Notes under the pieces: model-generated
What the model was told of the DNA's origin: nothing
The model's input: the letters and a program-made list of their open reading frames with translations, nothing else
The model's database searches: none
From: an uncultured virus (IMG/VR IMGVR_UViG_2061766007_000680)
Taxonomy: Duplodnaviria > Heunggongvirae > Uroviricota > Caudoviricetes
IMG/VR virus record: IMGVR_UViG_2061766007_000680
Length of the DNA stretch: 35,460 nt
Strand: one strand, 5' to 3'
Program-made: the position numbers and the translations under genes
Part shown: positions 16,534 through 25,772 of the stretch, piece by piece
Position numbering within the stretch: position 1 is the first letter of the stretch
Layout: the number at the start of each line of letters is the position of its first letter

Positions 16534-16902
16534 TTAGTTAATAATTACAGCAGTAGATAGGTATAAATCGCTTTTTTCGCCAACTATATGACCACCGACA
16601 AACTTTTCAACGGTTGATCCTTTCGGTATAATACATTCATGTATTACATTACGATATGGTTTACCATGTTCCTCTAATATTTTGTTGCTGTTAACAATAT
16701 TCAGAATTACATCTTTATTTGGGTATTTCGTATATATAGGGTAACGATTTTTTAACTCGCTGTCTTTCGCTACGGTATTTAACCCATCTGTGACAGGTAA
16801 CCTTTTACCATGAAGGCCTGTTGACGATGTAACCATAGTTCCACTACCTACGTAATCGTGGACCAAAATAATATAGCCTATTTTATCTTTTCTTACTTTC
16901 AT
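16534..16902 (-). CDS. Hypothetical phage protein
   Basis: 'IHECIIPKGS' motif; start MKVRKD at 16902. Confidence 0.7.
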   Translation of the reverse strand: MKVRKDKIGYIILVHDYVGSGTMVTSSTGLHGKRLPVTDGLNTVAKDSELKNRYPIYTKYPNKDVILNIVNSNKILEEHGKPYRNVIHECIIPKGSTVEKFVGGHIVGEKSDLYLSTAVIIN

Positions 16903-16909
16903 AATACTG

Positions 16910-17830
16910 TTATTTTTCGTGTACAAGAAGTCTTGTATGTAAACATTGTATGTTATAACCACCAGCGAAAATAGTGTCAATTCTAGCGGTTTTAAGTTTT
17001 CCTCTGATGATTCCGTTTACGTTTCCGTCTGCACCAAGATAAAGATCAGTACTGATAATGTCACCGAACTCGGTTTTAATTCGCTCTGCCATCAATTCGG
17101 ACTCACGAACTTTCCAATGCTCGACATCGTCTTTAATTTGTTCCTCCGTGCGTGTGTAAACCTTTGGCTTTGCGGCTATGGCTTCTTTTGACTTTACTTT
17201 ATATTCGTCATATTTACCTGTATTCCATAACTCACATACCTCACGGTTTAATTTGTAGTATTTATCCCACGCTTCTTTGATAGCGTTGTTGTGGTTAATA
17301 AGGAATGCGTATTGTGTTTTAGCAGACCTCTCAATGAACTCTTCCAGTTGAGGAACTTTCTTGAAAAGTTCTTTTACTGCATCACTTTTTGAGTTGGCAA
17401 GAGCCAACTCTGTTTTATATCCAGTTATGCGGTCTTTTAATTCTCTTAACTCAACGCGCTTGTTTACGATTAGTTTAGTTACTTCCTCGGCCTCGTACAA
17501 GAAAGAACTTACAGAATGAGAGGTAAAATAATCAGAATTATTTTTATCGCGCTCGGCAATGAAATATTTTACAGCCTCCTTATTGTGTATCGCATATATA
17601 TGTGTACTATAATCCTGCTCAAATTTAATTTCATCCGCCCACGTGTAATAAGTCTCTGTGTCGAACTTAACAAAAAGATCAAGTGGCAAAAGAGTGTGTA
17701 ACTCTTCTGCTTTTGCGTATTTTTTGTATATCTTCTGAAGTTTTACTAAATGTTTGGATATGGTGTTCTCCAACTTTGTGATTTTCTCTTCACCTTTTCT
17801 AATTTTTTCCTGTAATGCGTTTACTGTCAT
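16910..17830 (-). CDS. Coiled-coil protein with conserved phage C-terminal domain
   Basis: C-terminal NGIIRG...ARIDTIFAGGYNIQCLHTRLLVH; start MTVNALQ just downstream of the promoter. Confidence 0.8.
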   Translation of the reverse strand: MTVNALQEKIRKGEEKITKLENTISKHLVKLQKIYKKYAKAEELHTLLPLDLFVKFDTETYYTWADEIKFEQDYSTHIYAIHNKEAVKYFIAERDKNNSDYFTSHSVSSFLYEAEEVTKLIVNKRVELRELKDRITGYKTELALANSKSDAVKELFKKVPQLEEFIERSAKTQYAFLINHNNAIKEAWDKYYKLNREVCELWNTGKYDEYKVKSKEAIAAKPKVYTRTEEQIKDDVEHWKVRESELMAERIKTEFGDIISTDLYLGADGNVNGIIRGKLKTARIDTIFAGGYNIQCLHTRLLVHEK

Positions 17831-17840
17831 ATTCTCGTTA

Positions 17841-17894
17841 TTTTTAAAATCTGGTGCAAAGATAGTAATTTTTTTTGGAATATAAAAATTTTGG
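17841..17894 (-). promoter_or_regulatory. Host-RNAP promoter cassette, copy 3 (diverged)
   Basis: Contains TATCTTTGCA and aligns with 11121-11174. Confidence 0.75.
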
Positions 17895-17910
17895 AGAAGA
17901 AAAAACAAAA

Positions 17911-17935
17911 AAAAGTGTCATTTTCTGACACTTTT
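17911..17935 (-). terminator. Rho-independent terminator
   Basis: AAAAGTGTCA-ttttc-TGACACTTTT perfect stem with a long U-tail on -. Confidence 0.8.
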
Positions 17936-19095
17936 CATTGTATACTGAAACCGATTTTCTTTTTTTCTTTGGTTTCACTGCCATTATCCTTCTCGTAGTT
18001 AAATATATCAGCAAGTGTCATGCCAACTTCAGATTCGTAGTCAATCTTAAGAGCCTTGAACAGAGCATTGGTCTTTTCTATAGACAAATCCTTAAACTCA
18101 TAACGATAAACCAAACGGCCCTTCCTCAACAAAGCACTATCTACCTTAGCAATATCCTCGTTGAATGTTGCAATAATCTTAATATTAAAGATATCAGACA
18201 AAAGTCCATCGCACATATTAAGGATGTTGGAGATACCAGTTGATTGATTACCCTGATTTCGTGCAGCAACAAGGTTTTCGCAATCCTCGATTACAAGCAC
18301 ACAACCTTTAATCTCAGTCAAGAATGCAATAAAAGATGGGTCCGTCAGTGCTGACGCCATTTCTTTTGTGAGGTAAACAAATCTACGGCCACTGTTATTG
18401 ATCAAGTGACGTATGTAGGTTGTTTTACCAGTGCCTTTTACACCATTGAGAATAACAAGACCACTAGTATCTTCTTCGTCAATGAAATCTTTAATTATTT
18501 TGTCAGCATTTTTGAAGTCGTCATTATAATGTTTATCAATGTTAACCTTTATTTGTTTGATATCTGAATCCATCAATGTATAGCCACCTCCTGGTTTTGA
18601 TAAAATAAGAGAAATTTGTTTACGTTGTTCGGGTGGAGGTGTTTTTACAATACTTTTAATATATAATTTATACAACTCCTTACCTTTTTCCTCATCCTGG
18701 CAATATACAATAAGGCCAGTATCGCTAGAGGTATCAATATAAGCAATTACCTTTTGCTCTTCTAAAACTACAGTTAAATATATGCTGAATAGGTTTAAAT
18801 TCTCATCGCAGTGTTTATTTAGATTAAATGCTGCGTTTGGATAGGTATCCTTAACTAAATTAATGAATTTGTCTAAGTTCAGACCAACGGTATATTCGTT
18901 ATATTTCTTCTCAAACTTATCTGAGAAAGATGTAAAATTAAGTTTGTTCGGAAAACTTTGAAACATATATACGTATAACTTAAGCGGGTTAATACCCTCT
19001 GCGTCCGAATATGAACTAATATCATTCACATTGATCAATTTGTTTACATTGCGGTAAACGTTACTTGTAATTTTTTGTTTTTTGTTCACTCTCAT
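17935..19095 (-). CDS. AAA+ ATPase (single module)
   Basis: GVKGTGKT, LVIEDCE, LNMCDGL, ATFN, DSALLRKGRL; C-terminal KKIGF. Confidence 0.9.
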   Translation of the reverse strand: MRVNKKQKITSNVYRNVNKLINVNDISSYSDAEGINPLKLYVYMFQSFPNKLNFTSFSDKFEKKYNEYTVGLNLDKFINLVKDTYPNAAFNLNKHCDENLNLFSIYLTVVLEEQKVIAYIDTSSDTGLIVYCQDEEKGKELYKLYIKSIVKTPPPEQRKQISLILSKPGGGYTLMDSDIKQIKVNIDKHYNDDFKNADKIIKDFIDEEDTSGLVILNGVKGTGKTTYIRHLINNSGRRFVYLTKEMASALTDPSFIAFLTEIKGCVLVIEDCENLVAARNQGNQSTGISNILNMCDGLLSDIFNIKIIATFNEDIAKVDSALLRKGRLVYRYEFKDLSIEKTNALFKALKIDYESEVGMTLADIFNYEKDNGSETKEKKKIGFSIQ

Positions 19096-19124
19096 ATTTT
19101 ATATTAAGTTTAATATATCTGGAA

Positions 19125-19161
19125 CAAATATACATTTTTTAAAGAAATAAAATGTATTTAT
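19125..19161. promoter_or_regulatory. Back-to-back promoters: TGTATATTTG (-) and TATTTAT (+)
   Basis: 19125-19134 upstream of the AAA gene; 19155-19161 upstream of the holin. Confidence 0.55.
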
Positions 19162-19183
19162 AATAGTAAAATACTGAAAAAAT

Positions 19184-19669
19184 ATGAATGAATTTTTAGA
19201 TATATTAACTCTTGATAGATACAAATTAATTGCGTTTGTACTTGAATATTTGGTAATATTCGCGGCAATATGTGCAGACCTTTCTGCTGGTTTGAGAAAA
19301 GCAAAGAGAGATGGTAAAATTAGAACAAGTTTTGGCTTTAGAAAAACACTTGAAAAAATAAACCAATATTATAGTGTTGCAATATTTTTATCATTTATTG
19401 ACTTGTTGCAGATGTACCTTGTAAGTGGTTTAATGGAACAACTTGATTTGAAATTATTTGCATTTCCAATAGTTACATTTGTTGGTGCTATATATATGTG
19501 CATTATTGAATATAAGAGTATTAAAGAGAAACGAGATGTAAAGGAAAATGCAAGGGTAGAAGAAGTGACACGGTTGCTTTCGGAATTAATAAAAGACAAT
19601 AAAAACTTTGAGGCTGTAGATAATCTAATAAACACATTGAAAAAGATTAAAAATGTTAATGAAAGTTAA
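19184..19669 (+). CDS. Phage holin family protein (Bacteroidota type)
   Basis: DL.AG.RKAK..G..RTSFGFRKT..K..QYY...D...E..SI.E pattern; 3 hydrophobic segments. Confidence 0.8.
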   Translation: MNEFLDILTLDRYKLIAFVLEYLVIFAAICADLSAGLRKAKRDGKIRTSFGFRKTLEKINQYYSVAIFLSFIDLLQMYLVSGLMEQLDLKLFAFPIVTFVGAIYMCIIEYKSIKEKRDVKENARVEEVTRLLSELIKDNKNFEAVDNLINTLKKIKNVNES

Positions 19670-19673
19670 ATAA

Positions 19674-19702
19674 AAAACCGAGAATTAAACAATCTCGGTT
19701 TT
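19674..19702. terminator. Bidirectional terminator
   Basis: AAAACCGAGA / TCTCGGTTTT between convergent genes. Confidence 0.7.
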
Positions 19703-20272
19703 CTTTTTCAATTTTGTGCGCAAATATAACGAATATACTAAGGCCATAAATCCAAGGCATGTTAGACCGTTCCCTATTGGATCAAGTAATGGATCGTCTG
19801 GGTCTGTAGGAAATGACATTCCTTGTTTTTCAAACCAAGATCTTGCCTCAGATTCGTATTCTGGATAATCATTTAAAAATTCTTCCCAATAATCATCATC
19901 AATATATCCTGGCCAGTTTGAATCTGTTTTTATCCTCCACCAATCCGCTAAATCCTCTAAAAGGTTTCCGCTAAATGGCCTTTGTGCACTCATTTTTGGA
20001 TTACCAAATTTGTTTGAAATGCCACTTAAATCATATACATTTTGCCTGTTTTGATAAACACAATATGGTCTTATTCTTATAGAATAATTATTTATTGGGT
20101 TAATTTGTTGAGTATTATATACTTTTCCATAGTTTGTTGTATAACCAATCTTCCTCGGTTGAACCGTGGATTCATACTCATATTTGTTTGTTTGTGTATA
20201 ACGTTCATAAATTTGTGCTTTAACAAATATGCACGATAATAATAATATGTTTAATAATAATAGTTTTTTCAT
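19685..20272 (-). CDS. Secreted protein with C-terminal PIGxG-TM-basic sorting signal (PID-CTERM-like)
   Basis: Signal peptide ending VKA|Q; tail DPDDPLLDPIGNGLTCLGFMALVYSLYLRTKLKKK. Confidence 0.75.
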   Translation of the reverse strand: MKKLLLLNILLLSCIFVKAQIYERYTQTNKYEYESTVQPRKIGYTTNYGKVYNTQQINPINNYSIRIRPYCVYQNRQNVYDLSGISNKFGNPKMSAQRPFSGNLLEDLADWWRIKTDSNWPGYIDDDYWEEFLNDYPEYESEARSWFEKQGMSFPTDPDDPLLDPIGNGLTCLGFMALVYSLYLRTKLKKKTEIV

Positions 20273-20388
20273 TAAATTCCTATAATAAATATGTTGTAAA
20301 ACATAAATATACTAAAAATTTTTATTTTTTGTTTATATTTTTATGTATTTAACACTAATAATCAGTTATAATACTACCGTTTTGTATA

Positions 20389-23300
20389 TTAAAAGATTTT
20401 TTTTCCTAAAACATTTAAAATTGTTCCATTATTATTTATATATATACTATTACCATCAGTGAATTTAAATACATTATTTACAGGTATGATGTTTAAATCA
20501 GTTGTTATATTATCTTTTTTTCTTTTTGCTTGTAAAATAAAAGTACCATTATTAATGCTTATATTATCATCGTATAATAAATTGTACCACCTATCATTAT
20601 AATTCACGTAAATATATTCGAATTTTGTTTTATCAACTTTTTCGTCTAAATATAAATACCCACTTGGCGAGGTAACGGATATCCCATTCTCAATTATTGA
20701 GTCGTTAATTGCTGAATATAATAACTTATATCCATTAATTGTTTGATATATTGGATATTTTGATTCTAAGTCATCTCCAGGTTCATATTTTTCAGAAAAA
20801 CGATTCGATATAAAACATCCAGTTTTCCAATTGTCAACTTTTATTCTTAAAAATAGTTCATCGTCTTTTGCGTCTTGACATTGCATTCTTCTTATTATAC
20901 TATTGTATTTGTCTTTAGAACTATACTTGAATTCAATTCCTTGTTCTTCTTGTGGATTTATTCCGCCAATTTGCACAAAGAAGCAAGTAAATGGTTCTAG
21001 TTTTATATCATCAAGCACAACTGATTTATATCCGCCAGCATCTCTGTCTTCTGGCGCAGTACTAGGAATTACTGCATATCTTAGTTTTGATGTTGTTGTA
21101 TCAGATACAACCCATTGGCCATTCCATGAACCACTTGATTCGTTTTTACATAAATATCCACTTCTGATTGGTACTGCTAAATCAGTTTCAATATTATTTA
21201 AAAATGGGTTACCAACCATGTTCCACCCTTTGTGATTCGGGCGTAATGTTTCATTATCTGTGCCCCATGAATGTAAATTATTAACAGTTTTATTTGATTT
21301 TTCATTTGTTAAAGAATTTGTTATTTCAAACCTAAATTCTTTCTTTTTTAAATCATCTGATAATCCGATTATAAAGCCAGCGCCTGGTTGAAAAACAGTA
21401 TCATTTGGCGCTGTTTTCCAAGCCCCAGATTTATTTTCTGCCCTATATTTACCATCGTACCATCTAACCCAATAATCGATTCCATAAACTGGAGATTTAC
21501 CATTTGTAAATTTAACATCCGATAATTTATATTCTCCTGGTAATGCTATCCAATACCACTTACTGCAGTCGATAAACAGGTCAAAATAAAGTTTTGATGT
21601 TGATAATGTTCCAACCAAACCTAATGTCGATACTGTATCATTCTCTCTACGCAATGAAAGACTATTTATTGTATATTCTGTTCCTGTTGGTACAGACAAA
21701 TGTGCACCTCCATATAATTTCACGTCTCTGTTTGTTGATGTAGTACCTTCAACCGTTAATTTCTTGTCTTTTAATACAACAACATCACACTTATCACATT
21801 CTTTTTTATCGAAATATGTAGCATCAGTTGTAGTCGTATTTGTCTTAATCATTATAGGTATTTTAACAACTTTTTCTAATATACTATTTGTTATATCTTT
21901 TACTGATATTTTCAGATTAGTACAAGATAGTGTATCAAGTTGAGGTATATCAATTTTATAATAACCATCATCTTCTTGGCCAGGAATAGGTTTCTCTTCA
22001 TAAATAGTATCAAATGCAATATAATAAACCGTGTAATCATAATTACCAACATATGTAAAACCTTCACATGATTCTTGTTGTTCGTCTCCATCTACTGCGA
22101 CTTGCATTCCCCACCATTCACTACATAGTGTATTAAAATTAGTTATATTAGTTGCTACAGCATTTAATCCAGAATGAACTGTATTTTTTCTAACAAGTAA
22201 GCATCTATTCGTAGAAAGTTCCATTGGATTACCATTAATATCCTCACCATTTTCACACCACCATCCTTTACCATCATTCCAACTTTTTTGAACTACATTC
22301 TTATATGCTTCAGATGCATTCATTCCACCAATAACATCAATAGTATCACTACCTTGTATTAATAATAATCCATCATCACCTGAAATATTTGTGGTATTAT
22401 TTGTTTTAGAATTCCAATCATCAAAATTTGCATTACTATCTCTCGCACACTCAATTATAGCAGCATCAGTTGCATCATTACCTGGTGTATAAATAATAAT
22501 CTCTTCTCCTGGACAAATATATCCGCTTTTTATTCTTCCATAAGGCGATAATTCAGTCTTTGCGGCTGTGGCTTCTGGTGTAGGACCACTATATCCCCAA
22601 CCATTTCCATTACTACTTACAACAACTTTCACATTACTAAGCGATATGGTATCTTTTGTGCCATTATAAACGGCCCATAATTTAACATTACGGTATGCTT
22701 CGTAATACTTTGAGAAAAATAGTTTATCTGCATAGTTTTGTTTTATGTCTGCTTGTGTATTTTGATCTTCTAATGTAGCAGTCACTGCCACAAAGTTATC
22801 AATTCCAATTTTTAACCAATCTGGATTCCACTCTGCAACTTCAATATTAGGTTCGCCTAAAACTATAACAACACATTGTGCGTGTTTGTTTCCATCCTCT
22901 GTTACTACCATTACACCAGCAGTACCTTCAGCAACACCAGTAACAATACCATTTTCTACTGTGGCAATAGATGGCATTGTAGCAAGCCATAATATATTTT
23001 TATTTGTTGCATTTGATGGTATAATAGTTGGTGTTAATTCATATGTTTCTCCAATATGTATTTTTATTGTATCAACAGGCAATGTGGTGGTGTCCACTGG
23101 AACAGTTGCACATTTTGGGTTTATCTCGTATGTATATTTACCCTGTTTTTTATAAAAATAAACTGGGCTTTGGCCACCATTTTTATAAAATCTAAACATA
23201 TATCCAGTTGATGTTGAATTATAATGGAATATTGAACCTGTAGCATCTCCGCCTAAACACAAAGCAATGTTTTCAGAACTATTAAATGTAATAGTTATTG

Positions 23301-24540
23301 GATAATTTGCTGCTGTAGATTTGTTTGTTGATGTAGATAACCCATTGTTAGTATTATTAGTGTAGTAGTTATATGAATTATCTTGAGTTTTTAAAAGATA
23401 TGTATTACTTCCGCTTGATATTTCTTCTAATGTTACGTGATATGTATCACCCCATGTTAAATCAACTATCTTTCCAGATAAATTGGTAGATGGATTAACC
23501 GATGAACTTGCTGCACCAATGCCGTTTATTCCGCCAATACGCCCGTCAGCAAAAACAGTAGAAGAATAAGCAATTAAATAATCGCCACCCCAATTTAATC
23601 CTAAATCTTCTTCTACTAAAACATAACCACTATTTTCTCCATCGCTATTTCTATAAACAGCATATAATGTTGTTTCTTGTGTTGGTATATATGTGCCAGT
23701 TTTCAAATCAGAAAAATCGGTTTTACTTTCACTCCATCCAGCAAACCCCCATCCAAATGACGAACAAATAGATGTTGGTGATGGCGTTGGTAATGAAACT
23801 GACAATACATTTATTGAGTCAAAATAATGTTCATTCAAACTATCCTTAAAATGTACAGTATATGTTGGAATTGCTTCAAAGTTAATTGTAATTGTACAGT
23901 TAGAAGTTGGAGTTACTGAAAAAGTACCATCATCATTATTAGTAACTGTTGCAGTGCCAGATAATACTGTATATGGAGTTGATGTACTTATTCTGTAGCC
24001 GTCATTTGGTGTTGCTGTAATTGTTGTGCCTATTAAAGAAACATTACCATAAGAATTATTATTTGATTGTGCTGTGATAGTATAGGTAGTTATAACTTTA
24101 TATACATAAAACATATTTGTATATGTTGCAGTATAAAAACGATAATTACTACCATTTTTCTTTAGATTTCTACCATTACAAGTTAACAAACCATCACTTT
24201 CCACAGTACAAGCCCCGCCAGTCGTACCGTATTTAAATTCATTTCCACCTGGAGAAGCAATAAATTTATTAGCAGTTTCATCTTTTAATATAAAACTATC
24301 TGCACTTTTTGTTACATAATATAGTTTCCAATTTGATGACGTTGTAGAAACGGTTGCATCTTTATTACCATTATAGCCAGATACTCCTTCGCCATTTTGA
24401 TTAGAAAATAAGATAACATAATCTCCAGTTGATAAAGAAGATATGCTAGTTACTAATGAATAACCACTACCAGGCGTAGCACCAAACACATTACCAACGC
24501 TCATTAAAATAAAGAAGAGAAAGAGAATAATTTTTTTCAT
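20389..24540 (-). CDS. Large secreted multidomain surface protein (repeat domains, Big_2 Ig-like, lamin-tail-like domain, T9SS-type C-terminal tail)
   Basis: Signal peptide ending NVFG|A; two GYxLV...GDY.I domains; FAGWS repeat; LTPTIIPSNATNKNI.W...IATVENG.VTGVAEG (Big_2); LFFSKYYEA...VYNGT..I.LS (LTD); GWNMVGNPF; tail FKFTDGNSIYINNNGTILNVLGKKIF. Confidence 0.85.
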   Translation of the reverse strand: MKKIILFLFFILMSVGNVFGATPGSGYSLVTSISSLSTGDYVILFSNQNGEGVSGYNGNKDATVSTTSSNWKLYYVTKSADSFILKDETANKFIASPGGNEFKYGTTGGACTVESDGLLTCNGRNLKKNGSNYRFYTATYTNMFYVYKVITTYTITAQSNNNSYGNVSLIGTTITATPNDGYRISTSTPYTVLSGTATVTNNDDGTFSVTPTSNCTITINFEAIPTYTVHFKDSLNEHYFDSINVLSVSLPTPSPTSICSSFGWGFAGWSESKTDFSDLKTGTYIPTQETTLYAVYRNSDGENSGYVLVEEDLGLNWGGDYLIAYSSTVFADGRIGGINGIGAASSSVNPSTNLSGKIVDLTWGDTYHVTLEEISSGSNTYLLKTQDNSYNYYTNNTNNGLSTSTNKSTAANYPITITFNSSENIALCLGGDATGSIFHYNSTSTGYMFRFYKNGGQSPVYFYKKQGKYTYEINPKCATVPVDTTTLPVDTIKIHIGETYELTPTIIPSNATNKNILWLATMPSIATVENGIVTGVAEGTAGVMVVTEDGNKHAQCVVIVLGEPNIEVAEWNPDWLKIGIDNFVAVTATLEDQNTQADIKQNYADKLFFSKYYEAYRNVKLWAVYNGTKDTISLSNVKVVVSSNGNGWGYSGPTPEATAAKTELSPYGRIKSGYICPGEEIIIYTPGNDATDAAIIECARDSNANFDDWNSKTNNTTNISGDDGLLLIQGSDTIDVIGGMNASEAYKNVVQKSWNDGKGWWCENGEDINGNPMELSTNRCLLVRKNTVHSGLNAVATNITNFNTLCSEWWGMQVAVDGDEQQESCEGFTYVGNYDYTVYYIAFDTIYEEKPIPGQEDDGYYKIDIPQLDTLSCTNLKISVKDITNSILEKVVKIPIMIKTNTTTTDATYFDKKECDKCDVVVLKDKKLTVEGTTSTNRDVKLYGGAHLSVPTGTEYTINSLSLRRENDTVSTLGLVGTLSTSKLYFDLFIDCSKWYWIALPGEYKLSDVKFTNGKSPVYGIDYWVRWYDGKYRAENKSGAWKTAPNDTVFQPGAGFIIGLSDDLKKKEFRFEITNSLTNEKSNKTVNNLHSWGTDNETLRPNHKGWNMVGNPFLNNIETDLAVPIRSGYLCKNESSGSWNGQWVVSDTTTSKLRYAVIPSTAPEDRDAGGYKSVVLDDIKLEPFTCFFVQIGGINPQEEQGIEFKYSSKDKYNSIIRRMQCQDAKDDELFLRIKVDNWKTGCFISNRFSEKYEPGDDLESKYPIYQTINGYKLLYSAINDSIIENGISVTSPSGYLYLDEKVDKTKFEYIYVNYNDRWYNLLYDDNISINNGTFILQAKRKKDNITTDLNIIPVNNVFKFTDGNSIYINNNGTILNVLGKKIF

Positions 24541-24607
24541 AGTATTAATCTATTTTATATTGATAAATAGTTTTTCGGAATTCATTTATGATAAAAAACT
24601 TTATAAA

Positions 24608-24637
24608 AAAAGTTGGCATATGTTAGTACCAACTTTT
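24608..24637 (-). terminator. Rho-independent terminator after dut
   Basis: AAAAGTTGG / CCAACTTTT stem. Confidence 0.7.
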
Positions 24638-24642
24638 ACTTA

Positions 24643-25065
24643 TTATCTACCACTACTTCCAAATCCACCATCTTGCCTATCTGAATTAGTAAGTTCTTCT
24701 GACTCCTCTAATTCAATTTTTGGATAGGCCATAATGATCATTTGACCAATCCTGTCACCAACCTCATAATAGTTTGTAGAACCATTCTTTTTTTCAAATT
24801 TAAATAATATTTCGCCTCTAAAACCACTATCTATTACTCCAACACAGTTCGTTAGACGAAGACTATATTTACTCAATGAACTTCTTGGGAAGATAAGGCC
24901 TACATAACCATCAGGAATTTCAAACGCTAAACCAGTGTGGTAAACAATGTTACCGTATTCATCTTGATCAACGCTTGTTGCAACCAAATCCAGTCCAGCG
25001 TCTGTGTCATGTGCATACTGTGGTATTACAGCATTTTCTACTAACTTCTTAACCCTTACATTCAT
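24643..25065 (-). CDS. dut: Trimeric dUTPase
   Basis: All five motifs: AGLDL, PRSS, GVIDSGFRG, GDRIGQ, RQDGGFGSSG. Confidence 0.95.
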   Translation of the reverse strand: MNVRVKKLVENAVIPQYAHDTDAGLDLVATSVDQDEYGNIVYHTGLAFEIPDGYVGLIFPRSSLSKYSLRLTNCVGVIDSGFRGEILFKFEKKNGSTNYYEVGDRIGQMIIMAYPKIELEESEELTNSDRQDGGFGSSGR

Positions 25066-25066
25066 A

Positions 25067-25501
25067 TTATTCGTCAGTTTTTTCTACTACTTTAATACCT
25101 TGCTTTTCGAGTCGCTTATTCAAAGCCTCTTGCCTTTCTTTGTTTTCGTCCTCAATCCACTGTTTGATACGATCTGGTTCGAAGTTCAAAACGAAATCTC
25201 GTGCTGAGCGTGTCATGTGGCTTTTCTTTTGATTTACTTCCGCAATAACGTCCTCCAATACCTTGCCATTATTTTCAACTTCATTGTAAACTTGAAGAAA
25301 CATTGTTCTAAATTGTTTTTTAACCATTTTCTCGGCAATCTCCTTAGCCTTCTTTTTGGCTTCTTCAATCTTTTGCTGTTTGAGATCTTCTTCTCTTGCG
25401 GCCTTCTCCTCTGGGGATTCGCCAACTTCTTTTGATCCAATTGTTCTTACTTTTCCAACTACATCCTCAATTATTTGAGCATCTTCAATATTTTTCTGCA
25501 T
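25067..25501 (-). CDS. Hypothetical charged helical protein
   Basis: 144-aa E/K-rich ORF in the operon. Confidence 0.75.
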   Translation of the reverse strand: MQKNIEDAQIIEDVVGKVRTIGSKEVGESPEEKAAREEDLKQQKIEEAKKKAKEIAEKMVKKQFRTMFLQVYNEVENNGKVLEDVIAEVNQKKSHMTRSARDFVLNFEPDRIKQWIEDENKERQEALNKRLEKQGIKVVEKTDE

Positions 25502-25504
25502 AAT

Positions 25505-25771
25505 TTATATATTTATTTTTTCATTTATTTTGTTTATTAAATTACCTACAGTTTTAGTTGTAATTATCTCATCGTCATTAAATATTATTCCAAAAACATT
25601 TTCACATTCCATGAATATTTCGACAGTTTTTAGTGAATCTAATCCTAAATCCGCATAAAATTCAGCATTTACAAGATTTTTATATGTTTTAATATCTATT
25701 TTTCTATTAAGTTCTTTTAACTCATTACTGATTATTTCAATAACTTGTTTTCCGATTTCTTCTTTGTCCAT
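25505..25771 (-). CDS. acpP: Acyl carrier protein-like
   Basis: DLGLDSL.TVE..M..E..FGI...D.E.....TVG signature with the phosphopantetheine Ser. Confidence 0.82.
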   Translation of the reverse strand: MDKEEIGKQVIEIISNELKELNRKIDIKTYKNLVNAEFYADLGLDSLKTVEIFMECENVFGIIFNDDEIITTKTVGNLINKINEKINI

Positions 25772-25772
25772 G

